Shown: piece by piece, positions 48,694 to 60,100 of the stretch
How positions within the stretch are numbered: the first letter of the stretch is position 1
How the letters are laid out: each line of letters begins with the position of its first letter
Origin: Macrostomum lignano
Lineage: Eukaryota
Direction: 5' to 3'
NCBI GenBank assembly: GCA_002269645.1
Contig: NIVC01000652.1
Span: 186,001 to 250,000, forward strand
DNA length: 64,000 bases
Program-made: the position numbers and the translations under genes
The notes under the pieces: model-generated
The model's database searches: none
The model's input: the letters and a program-made list of their open reading frames with translations, nothing else
What the model was told of the DNA's origin: nothing

Positions 48694-49977
48694 ATGCTGC
48701 CGCCGCAGCTGAGCTACGCATACCTGGCCCAGCTGTCACTGGCGGTTGGCGCCCTTGTCTTCCTGGCCGGCCTGGCCGTCCTCCACCTGGTGGCCATCGT
48801 GTGGGCTCGCCTGTACTTTTACCGCCGGCTAGAGCCGCTGGACCCGGAGGCCGACCGCCTGCCCGGCGTTTCCATCCTCAAGCCGCTGGTGGGCATCGAC
48901 AAGAACGTGTACGCAAACCTGGAGACCTACTTCACCCTGGAGTACCCGCGCTACGAGCTGCTGTTCTGCCTGGAAAGCTCCGAGGACATTGTCAGCATGG
49001 TGGTGGACACCCTGATAGAGAAATATCCCCACGTTGATGCGCGCGTATTCAAATCTCCCCAGCAGCACAGCGTGAATCCCAAGGTGAACAACATGATGCA
49101 GGGATTCGAGTGCGCCAAGTACGACTTGCTGCTCATCTCAGACAGCGGCGTCCGCATGCTGCCGCAGGCCCTCGCTGACATGGTTCGCTGCATGGGCCGC
49201 GACGTCGGCATGGTGCACCAGATGCCGTTCACCGAGCAGCGGCCCGGCTTTCACAATGTTGTCCAATCCGCCTACTTCGGCGGCACCCACGCCAAGGTGT
49301 ACATCACGGCTAACCTGGTCGGCATCAACTGCACCACCGGCATGTCCTGCCTGTTCCGCAAGTCCATCCTGGACCCGCTGCCCGGCGGCCTGGCCTACTT
49401 TGGCCGCTACCTGGCCGAGGATTTCTTCCTGTCGCAGTACGTGAGGTCGCGCGGCTTCCGGGTGGTGCTGTCCCACTACCCGGCTCTGCAGGACGGCAGC
49501 ACCTCTGTTGGCAACCTGCGGCGCCGCCTCATTCGCTGGATTAAACTGCGCTCGGCCATGATTCCCCACGTTGTGCTGCTGGAGCCGTTCTCAGACTGCC
49601 TGCTCAGCGGCCTCATGGCCGCCTGGGCCCTCGCCTTCCTTTGGCCTAGCGGCGTCAATGTGTACGCCTACTTCCTCATCCACTGTCTGGCCTGGCTGCT
49701 CTGCGACTACCTGCTCATGCTCAACTGCATGGAGAGCCCCGCGCCGTTCAGCCGCCTGGCCTTCGTCTGCGCCTGGCTGCTCTGCGCCTGCATGTCGCCG
49801 CTGAACGTCCTCTGCGCCCAGTGCCAGCGCGGCGTGGAGTGGCGCGGCCGCCGCTTCCGCCTGGAGTGGGGCGGCGTCACCCGCGAGCTGCCGCCGGTGG
49901 CTTCGGTGGCGGCTGCGACGGCGGCAGCTGCTGCGGAGTCGGCGGACCCGGCCAGCCAGAAGAAAGTGGCCATCTAA
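48694..49977 (+). CDS. UGCG: Ceramide glucosyltransferase (GT21), intronless, 427 aa
   Basis: N-terminal TM, GVSILKPL, NPKVNNM, LISDS, GMSCLFRK, LAEDFF, RLIRWIKLR. Confidence 0.97.
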   Translation: MLPPQLSYAYLAQLSLAVGALVFLAGLAVLHLVAIVWARLYFYRRLEPLDPEADRLPGVSILKPLVGIDKNVYANLETYFTLEYPRYELLFCLESSEDIVSMVVDTLIEKYPHVDARVFKSPQQHSVNPKVNNMMQGFECAKYDLLLISDSGVRMLPQALADMVRCMGRDVGMVHQMPFTEQRPGFHNVVQSAYFGGTHAKVYITANLVGINCTTGMSCLFRKSILDPLPGGLAYFGRYLAEDFFLSQYVRSRGFRVVLSHYPALQDGSTSVGNLRRRLIRWIKLRSAMIPHVVLLEPFSDCLLSGLMAAWALAFLWPSGVNVYAYFLIHCLAWLLCDYLLMLNCMESPAPFSRLAFVCAWLLCACMSPLNVLCAQCQRGVEWRGRRFRLEWGGVTRELPPVASVAAATAAAAAESADPASQKKVAI

Positions 49978-50504
49978 GGGCCGCCTTGGTGTCGCTTTTC
50001 TCCATTCCCACCCGGTCGCGCTATGCCACACAATGTGCCCGCAATCCCTTCGGGTGCAGAGCCGTTCAAAATAAGAAAGTGCAAATAAATAAATTATAAA
50101 TTTCAGTTGTTCAGCGCTTAACTCAAGCCCGAAAATTTGCTATTTTAGTCCAGCTGAGTCTGTGTTGTTGCTCTACGTATTCTTGCGTCTTTAATAATAT
50201 GCTCCCGATTACCTGTCGGTTCTGGGACTTTTCACAATAACAATAATAATAATACTAATAATAAAAGATAATTGTGCACTGTTTATTAAGCATAATCTTT
50301 AATTCAATAGTAAATTTACTTTGTTGACAATTCGGAATGCATCAGAGATAAACAATGCAGTGCTAACTGAATTATTTTTGATATAGTATTAATTAATTTA
50401 ACAAAGCCACAGTCTCAGAGTGCAAAGCGTATTCAAATAAATATCTGCTGCTGCAGTTCAGGTAGAACCCAAATTTGCCGCGCTGAGGGACTGCGACGTG
50501 TTGT

Positions 50505-51556
50505 GTTCACCCTAGCCTAGGCTTTCTTGCAAATCGTTTTTGCGTTCACCCCCTCCTGCCAGTATCACCCTAGCCTAGGCTTTCTTGCAAATCGTTTTTG
50601 CGTTCACCCCCTCCTGCCAGTATCACCCTAGCCTAGGCTTTCTTGCTAACCGTTTTTGCGTTCACCCCCCCCCCTGCCAGTATCACCCTAGCCTAGGCCT
50701 TATTGCAAATCGATTTTGTGTTCAACCCCCCCCCCTGCCAGTATCACCCTAGCCTAGGCCTTATTGCAAATCGATTTTGTGTTCAACCCCCCCCCCTGCC
50801 AGTATCACCCTAGCCTAGGCCTTGCAAACCGTTTTTGCGCTCACCCCCTCCTGCCAGTATCACCCTAGCCTAGGTCTTCTTGCAAACCGATTTTGTGTTC
50901 AACCCTCCCCCTGTCAGTATCACCCTAGCCTAGGTCTTCTTGCAAACCGTTTTTGTGTTCACCCCCCCCCCTGCCAGTATCACCCTAGCCTAGGCCTTCT
51001 TGCAAATCGATTTTGTGTTCACCCCCTCCTGCCAGTATCACCCTAGCCTAGGCCTTCTTGCAAATCGATTTTGTGTTCAACCCCCCTGCCAGTATCACCC
51101 TAGCCTAGGCCTTCTTGCAAATCGATTTTGTGTTCAACCCCCCCCCTGCCAGTGTCACCCTAGCCTAGGCCTTCTTGCAAATCGATTTTGTGTTCAACCC
51201 CCCCTGCCAGTATCACCCTAGCCTAGGCCTTCTTGCAAATCGATTTTGTGTTCAACCCCCCCCCTGCCAGTGTCACCCTAGCCTAGGCCTTCTTGCAAAT
51301 CGATTTTGTGTTCAACCCCCCCTGCCAGTATCACCCTAGCCTAGGCCTTCTTGCAAATCGATTTTGTGTTCAACCCCCCCCTGCCAGTATCACCCTAGCC
51401 TAGGCCTTATTGCAAATCGATTTTGTGTTCAACCCCCCCCCCCTGCCAGTGTCACCCTAGCCTAGGCCTTATTGCAAATCGATTTTGTGTTCAACCCCCC
51501 CCCCCTGCCAGTGTCACCCTAGCCTAGGCCTTCTTGCAACCCGTTTTTGTGTTCAA
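50505..51556. repeat. About 58-62-bp minisatellite
   Basis: Unit CCCTGCCAGTATCACCCTAGCCTAGGCCTTCTTGCAAATCGATTTTGTGTTCAACCCCC with variable C-run, about 17 copies. Confidence 0.94.
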
Positions 51557-52237
51557 CTGTCAGACTTTGTTTGCTAGTTCATTGCGCGCTTTTACAGCAA
51601 ACTTTTTTGTTTCTGTTTATTAGTCAGTATTTGCATCTCCCATATTAATTTGTTAGCCCGTTTAGCCCCTGCGCCCTCAAGATGCTTATTGTTTATTGAT
51701 TAACGCATATTTGCTTCCGTCTGTGTCCCCCTGCTTCCCGTCCGCAGTGACTGCTGAGGGCTGTTCTGTATTTCTGTATTGGTATATATTATGTAGCAGC
51801 ACAATGTCTACACCTTACATAACATAATCTAGTGCAATAATTATTGCATAGCAATGATAAATGTATTGCATAGTTCATTTTTTACTCCCGCATCTCGCAG
51901 CGCTGTCTGCCTGTCTCTCTCTTATCCTAGTCCTCCATTTACTGCAGCTTTTGTTCGCAATATAACAGCAAGCAAGCTCTTTTGTTGCTTCTTATTTAGG
52001 CATATTTTTTACCGTTCAGTTTTTGCTCCACTTGCTTCTTTTTTCTAAACGAGTATTCGCCGTTTCTAATCCGCTTCCTCGATGACCGGGCTGTAGTCCG
52101 CGCATTCAGTCCGAGTAAAAGCTTTTTCTGGCGATTCGAGTCTTTTTTATTACTGCACTAAAGACTGCCAGCCTCTGCAACTCTGCTGCTCTGAGTCCGG
52201 CCTGTCATCTTCGCTTGAAGTTTGGGGATCTTCCATG

Positions 52238-52796
52238 CCATCCTCACAGATCCCCACACAGAACTGGCATCCTCACAGATCCCCACACAGAACTGGCATC
52301 CTCACAGATCCCCACACAACTGGCATCCTTACAGATCCCCACACAAAACTGGCATCCTCACAGATCCCCACACAGAACTGGCATCCTTACAGATCCCCAC
52401 ACAAAACTGGCATCCTCACAGATCCCCACACAGAACTGGCATCCTCACAGATCCCCACACAGAACTGGCATCCTCACAGATCCCTACACAGAACTGGCAT
52501 CCTCACAGATCCCCACACAACTGGCATCCTTACAGATCCCCACACAAAACTGGCATCCTCACAGATCCCCACACAGAACTGGCATCCTCACAGATCCCCA
52601 CACACAACTGGCATCCTCACAGATCCCCACACAACTGGCATCCTTACAGATCCCCACACAGAATTGGCATCCTCACAGATCCCCACACAGAACTGGCATC
52701 CTCACAGATCCCCACACAACTGGCATCCTCACAGATCCCCACACAGAACTGGCATCCTCACAGATCCCCACACAGAACTGGCATCCTCAGATCCCC
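52238..52796. repeat. 27/29-bp minisatellite
   Basis: Unit ACTGGCATCCTCACAGATCCCCACACAGA, about 19 copies. Confidence 0.94.
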
Positions 52797-54151
52797 GCAC
52801 TGAGCTGAGATTTCTATAGAGGATTCCTAATGCCAGCTAGGAGAAATCCGGCAGCTGAGACTCCTTGCAGCAGAGGGCAGTCGCGGCTGGCAACGGTCTG
52901 TCTGGCTCATAACCGAATTCGGCATGCTGGAAGCCGCTTCCATTATTTTTATTGTACTGCCTGTTCGCCCGGCACTCTGGACTGTTGGCGACTCAGTTCA
53001 GTGTTCCACATGCCGTTATTAACTTACCGAATTATTGTTTTCATTGCTGGTCCTTGGTTATTCAATTTAAGAAAATTATATAATTGCTTTTTATACAAGA
53101 CACAAGTTGCTGCTGCTTTTGCGTCCGAGAAGAGAAAGAAAAAATTCGATGTTTGTGCCGGTTGTCCAACTGTTTCATTCATTCGCCGAAGCGGCGCTGT
53201 GTACTTTTATTTCGCGAGCGGTTAAAGTGCAAATTGACTGCGTTATTGCGACTGGCCGATTCGAGTTGCATCTCTGACTCTCAGTCTCGCCCTCAGAGCC
53301 GGATTAGCACTAATCTACCCTCCCAATGGGTGTCTCATGCTATCTTCATCGATTGATCCCCCTGATTTTCAGCCGCACTCGGTCGGTCGGCTCTTCTTTT
53401 CTCCCAGTTTTTTTCACCGTCCCGGCGCAGCTGCGGGTACCGATGGGCGGGGGGCAGAAATGAGAGACACCGACAGACAGACAGACAGATGGAGTGACCA
53501 GCGCTGCGCGGGCTAGCGGATCCCCGCGGGTTTCCTCGGCTCTGACAGGGATGGGCTGTTCGACCTCAGACACCCTGCAGACGCCTGCGCGACTTCCAAA
53601 ATCCACGAGCGCCTCCCTAAACACTTTATCCCCTTTTGGGATCGGCCAGACTGCGGCCTCTCGCCCAGCTTTTCCCTCTCACCCCCTCTTGCGTCTCGCA
53701 CCGACCATGAAGCCCGCGAGGCCTGCGTGACCCTGCCTGCGGGGTGCACTTTCCCGAGTCTGGCATCGCAGTTACCACTGTAGGGAGGGGGAGGCTACCC
53801 CGGCGGCCTTGGCTCGCTGCCAGCCGTGTCCGAAGAATTCTGCCTTGCCAGAGATGAGTCACGCACCCAGATTGCAGCTGCCCCCCCCTCGCTATCATTC
53901 GAACAGCAACAACGAGTAAAAGTAGTTCAATAATTATAGTTACAGTGCATGGCTGTTCTACAATTTACTAAACCGCAGCTACATTCATTTTCTCCTTTAT
54001 AGTTTAGTGCGCGTTGGATGTTAATAAACACGTGTACTTCAGGTAGGGTTGACTTGAATAAATACACCAGAGAAGTGACTTTCGTCCCGCGGTTCAGCCA
54101 GCTGTTCGCAGCTGTCCAGTTTTGATATTCACTGTGCCTGCCTGTGCAAAT

Positions 54152-57100
54152 TCAGCTGAACTTGCTGCCGCCCGCTCCGCTGAAGAGGTTCATCTGGAAT
54201 GCGAAGTCAGACATTTTGGGATGACAAGCTTGGACCCAATAATTAGCTAATTCCCATCTCTTAAGTTGACTCGACCAAATTCATGGAAATTGTTTTAGCT
54301 AAATAAATTATTCCTTTTTGTGAGAAACCGTTTAGTTATTAACTTTCGTATTAGAAACTTTAGCAGAGAAAACTCTTTAAATGAGTTCCATATTCTTACG
54401 GCGAAAGCCTTTCGGAAATCAATTGCAAAAAGACGGGCAAGTCGTTTTGTTCAAAACGAGCTGATACGACTCGCTTTTAATATAAAAACTATCCGTGTTT
54501 TTTAGGTCTTTCTCGGCCAAGCATTTCGTAATTACAGTCAGTCTTCAACACTTTTCTAAGAAACCAAGGGTCCCCGTCTGTCTTGTTTGAGATGTCGCTG
54601 CTTTTTGTCCATGCACTTTGACCAGGGTACTCACCACCGTGTCGCTCAGGGCATTGAAACTGGACCGGCGTATTGGCGAAGTGCCCAGCTTTTCCTGAAA
54701 TTTGGGATGGTCGTTTGTCAGAGGGATTCCACGTGAGGAGTTTTATAGGGTTAGGGCTTCACTGCTATTCGTGTGGAGACAGGCTGACTGAGAGCGTCTT
54801 ATTTCTTTCTGCGTGCAGACTCCAGCTGCTAAATTGATTTTGTCTATGACAAAATCTAGTTCGAATCACATCACTTGTTGTTAAAAGCCAAGGAGTTCTA
54901 CAATTAGCAATCTGGAGCGGAAGCGAGTTTTACCTCATGAGGCCGTGCCAATTGTAAAGAATAAGGAGCCAGCACTGAATGTCTATGGCTCTGTCTGACT
55001 CTGTCTATGCTAGTCTGGCCTCATGAGGTAAAACTAAAAAATTCGTTTCCACTCCAGGTTGCTACTTATAGAACTCCTTGTTAAAAGCACAATCTGTTTT
55101 TACTATATATTACGAGCTATCCATGGTTTTAATGCAGGCTTGAAATTTACTGTGTGTATTTTTAGAAACGAAAAAAATTCAATTTATAAACAACCCCCAA
55201 CCCCACAACCCCAACCCCACAACCCCCAAACCCCAACCCCACAAACCCAAACCATATTCTTAGCCCTCCCCTCACCCTCCACGCGTGCAGGATTGATTTT
55301 GTCTACATGGCTGAAATTCATGGCCTATGATTAAAATCGAATCAAATAGAATATGAACGCGAACTCGTGCATCTTTAGTCTCATTGGCTTTCGCCGATGA
55401 AGCACTCTTTAGCGTTCAAGAATCTTTACAACTTTGGATTTGGATTTGTCCTTTTTGTGTTGCCGGAAGCACATTTTCTGTTTTCGAGCCATAGACAGCG
55501 GAACCGTGTATAGTTGGAACTTAGTGATTGGGTACTCGGGTTGACCATTTTTGGTGGTTCGGGGTTAACCCCGATCCCAAATATCTTTCGCGAACCTGGG
55601 ACACTGGTCAGAGAACCAGATTGAATAGTGACACGTTACTTAAGGAGGCTTAAGCTAAGCTACACAAGCCACCAGTCCAATAAGCTAAACGAGAGAGAGT
55701 TCCCCAAAGATGTTCTTCGGGGCCCGATCCCGACCCAACCCCAAACCCCGAACACCCCTAACCGCTAGCCACTAGTTATCCTGTGCATTCTTGAATATCT
55801 TTTAGGACCCAAGAGTACAGCTCCTCAGAGCTACATACACAGATGGTTCTTCGTAACGTATTGTTTTTTAAAAAGACCGAAAAAGTCTGCTTCATTTTCC
55901 TGTGTCGCCTGTCTCCAATCAAACGTTTTTTTTTCGTTTCATTTAGCCATTCCTCACGAGCCTGTCACTTCACGTATACGAGTACGAGCTACAGCAGTGA
56001 CCTTTGACTCTTCCCGCAGCCCCCCCCCTTTGCCCGATCTCGTGTGATTGCAGTTAATCCGATTTTGCTGACCGTGGACTGGAGCTGGAAAGCCCTAATG
56101 AGCTGCAGGCCTCGAAACTTGACCCGATCTGCAGCCTCCCCTGTGCCTCATCAATTTGAGCAAACTCTCGCCTGTCTGCATGGTCTTCTTCGCCTCCCCT
56201 CTCCCTCATTTTTTCTACCAATCTTGCGCCAGCCGCTGTAAACAGCCGCTGTGCCCGAGGAAAGCTGGGTGAGCTCGTTTGCTGGAGTACAGACAGCCAG
56301 AATTCGGATCTCTAGATGGGGCACTCCAATCTCAGATTGGGCACTCCAACCCGAGTTGGGCACTCCAACCCGAGTTGGGCACTCCAACCCGAGTTGGGCA
56401 CTCCAACCCGAGTTGGGCACTCCAACCCGAGTTGGGCACTCCAACCCGAGTTGGGCACTCCAACCCGAGTTGGGCACTCCAACCCGAGTTGGGCACTTCA
56501 ATCTCGGATTGAGCACTCCAATCTCGAGTTTGGCACTCCTATCCCGAATTGGGCACGATCCAATCTCGGATTGAGCATTCCTATCTTGAGCACTCCTACG
56601 GGGAATTTCTATCTCAGATTGGTCACCAGTCTCAATTGGGTACTCTTCTGATTGATCACTATTTTCTTGCATTGTTCTCTCGTATCTTTAAATTGGCTCC
56701 TCTTTGAACCCTCCAAAGAGGAACCGAACCATAAGGCAGCTTAGGATCCCGTATTTGCAATTTCGAATCTCTACTAAAAGTAGGCTGTTCCGAACAGTTA
56801 ATTAAATAAAAAGCAAGCAGAAGCTCACCGCCAAAAAGCTCTGAGCGGAGGGCCGCCTGCTGCTAACCCGGGAGCTGGGCGGGGTGATGAAGCTGCCGCT
56901 GGCCACGCCCGACGATGTCGGAACGCCAGCCGCCGCGGTGGCCGTCAGACTGTGACGCCGCGCCTGCACTGACGGGATGGACAAGGTGAAGCTGCGGTTG
57001 GCCTCGTCCTGCCGGCGGCGGAGGGGGTGGCAACGGGCGGTTCAATGGGGCTTCCCGGCTTTTGCGACTTGTACGAGCGTACGATGCTGCATGTCTATCA

Positions 57101-60100
57101 GGGGCGCCATGCAGCATCAACGCTACTCCAACGGACGCCATATACTTTTTGCCAGCCAATTAGTGGCACCGCGACCCCTTCCCCTTCTCCCCTCGGTGGA
57201 AGGCTAGGGCCTCGGTGTCCATTTTTTTGTGTTCTTGTGTTGTCTTTGATTGTCTCAAGGTCAGCGTCGTAACCCCGCGAATTCGATGGGCCAATGCAGC
57301 AATTTTGCATGATTCGTATACTGCAAAGGTAGCGTGTGTGGCCAACGGCGAATTTGAGCTTGAGGGGCCCCGCAAAGCTTGTAAATGGCACCCTGCATAG
57401 CCAACGCAGCTCATAAAGCTACCCTATATCAGCAGGATGAGCTGGAGTTCCGCTCAATTTGCCACTCGCTCGAGATGCTTGTCTAATTTTAGGAGAAACT
57501 AACCCTGAACAACTCTGTTGAACTTTCGGGGAAGCCTAGCCGCTTTCCAGCGCGCCTACTGCTAAGTTCCTGCGCGCCTGTGTCAGCTTCACTGGAAACT
57601 TTCGAGGCTGCTTGCAGCTAGACGTCCTAATCAGCAAAGAGCCGCCATCAGCTAATCGTCAGCGGCTTAGACCGTTTCGGTTTTGTGGACAGATCCGCGG
57701 GTCGGCAATCTAATTAATAAACGAAAGTCTTTCTTCTAGTTTCATAGCCTCGCAGAAATTCAATTCCTTCCAAAAGCCTCTACAAACAGGCTTGGGGAGG
57801 AAGACCACGACAACAGAAAAAAAGTGCAAGACGAACGGGAATTTTCTGAGCTGAGAATTTTGCCCATTTCTCAATTTTAAACAGCATCTGGAGAGGAATC
57901 TCTTAGCTTGAATATTTGCAGCCCCGACACGGACGCGCTGACGAAAAGAACAAGTGGCCACTCCATGGGCCCGGCGATGTTTGACTGCGACAATGGCTTA
58001 CGGGGAAATGCTTTCAGTCTGCGCACCTTCGGCCAAGCCAGCGACTCTCAGCCTCATATAGGACTATGAATTGTTAGAGTAAATAAACTGCAGGCATTGA
58101 AGAGATGCAGCTGGCATCGCAGAAGTGCTCAGGTCTCATGCTCAGCAGCGGCAGCTGCAGCAGCAGCATAAAGTTCATATTATTGCGCTATTATTACAGC
58201 AAATTAAATTAGAAGTAAAGCAGGGGCGGAACAATGGCTAATGTGCCGCGGTGAAGCCACATGACTCTTTCTGACCTATAGAGGTTCTCGTGCGGGGATG
58301 AGACCGGCTTCGCCTTCATGAGGCTGTTCAATAGCCATATTTCTTATTCCCTCGCTGAGCTTCAACCGCGGGCGCAGCAACAATAAGCGGAGCAGTTATT
58401 GCTGCATCAATTTTTTTCTCCAGTGGCAATGGCAGCTCAGATCCGCCGCGTCAAGTCTGCTCAAAATTGAGCTGCCGGAACTCTGCTGAGCAACAGGCAA
58501 GATGCGGACTCGGTCGGAAGTGGCTGCAGGTACTGCAGCTGCAGTTTCTATCTGTGTATTTCTAAGAAATAGTTCAGACTGACACCTGGCAGTAAAAAAT
58601 GAATGATTATTTGTGATTTTTCCTTTTGGCTTTTTATTTTACGTATACCTTACATTATATACTCAGCAACATTATACTCAACAGTCAACACCATTAAAAA
58701 GTCGCCGCCTTTGAGAGTGCGCAGTAAATTCTAGTTCAGTATTAAGTTACTTGAGTGAGTGACGCAACTTGCACGCGACGCTGAGTTGGGCTGGGTGATG
58801 TCGATGAGGGATTGGGAAGAGCTGAGGGCGAAGATTAGGTGGATGGATGGAAGCTTCCGCCCGGTTTTCATTGTTTTTTCAAGCATTTTTTAATATCAAA
58901 ATGGTTTGCCAGGTGATAGACGCTGGTCGAAAGACACTGCTCACTGGGGCAAGGGTGATGACTTTTCAATGTTGCTGAGTATACGATGTACGAGCTCGTA
59001 TTATTCTTTACATTTTCATTACTGTGGACGGAATATCCAGCCGCTGCCACACTTTTAAACTGACTGCTTTGTGAAAAGCTAATGGTAAAACAGTAACGCA
59101 ACTGTAACTTTGCAAGCTGTGTCTGTCTGTGTGTACAAGCTGATGGCTCATTCGATGGCAGGGAGATATGCCAGTGCCAACACTGCCAAGCCACACCGTG
59201 AGGCCGTGACACCACACCAGACACCACCCTTTGCCTCAACTTACGGCGTAAACAGCCTACATACGAAATCTTATTAGCGAAATTTCAGTCTGACCCCACT
59301 GTACATCTCTCTCTCCCTATTTTCTTCTGATTCTTAGCTCATGTACATCGCTAATGTACATTGCTTATCGATCGGCCCTCAGACCAACCATGTCCAACCT
59401 CTCCGCCCTACCCCTCTCCGGCCCACCCCTCTCCGATTTCACCACTATACCCCCCTCTACGACTCTAACTAGTATTCAAAGCTTTGCTTCCACCCGCGCT
59501 TCGGCGGCACCGCCTCAGAATGTCTCATTAAAATAAAAATAAAAAGACTGACGTTAGTCTGACTCGTATAACCAACTCCAAACCTCTAAAAACTTTAAGC
59601 CATAAACTTAAACTTAAACTGAAACTCAAATTCCAACAAAATGACCATCAATTCGTCAAAATATATGATGTACGTATTTACGTACGATGCAAAAATTGGA
59701 CCTCATTTGATGATAGCTGTGCACTAGAAACAATTGCTGTTTTGCTGTTGTTGCGGTGTACTGTTACGTTAATAAATAAGATTCAAATATACTTTTTTGC
59801 GATTGAATTCGTCCAAACTGCAAAACCTTTCGTCCACAAATGCTTTCTTAATGGGAGCTAAATTTAGATCATACCATAGACAACTAACATTCTAACAAGA
59901 GACACTGTTTTTGCTTTGTTCAATATCTCGTGATATCAAATAAAGTCGCTCCGTTTAGCTGTTAGCTGTTTGGACGAAGGGTTTAGACGAAATGTTTTAC
60001 AAACTGGATGAACCGTTTTGCGTGAACACAGTTGTCTATGGTATAATCTAAATTTAGCTCCCATTAAGAAAGCGTTAGTGGACGAAAGGTTTTGCAGTTT

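Noticed and set aside
56336-56497. CRISPR-like palindromic repeat (also considered for the 43-, 47- and 60-bp arrays)
   Set aside because: Units are contiguous with no unique spacers, there are no cas genes, and the context is eukaryotic.
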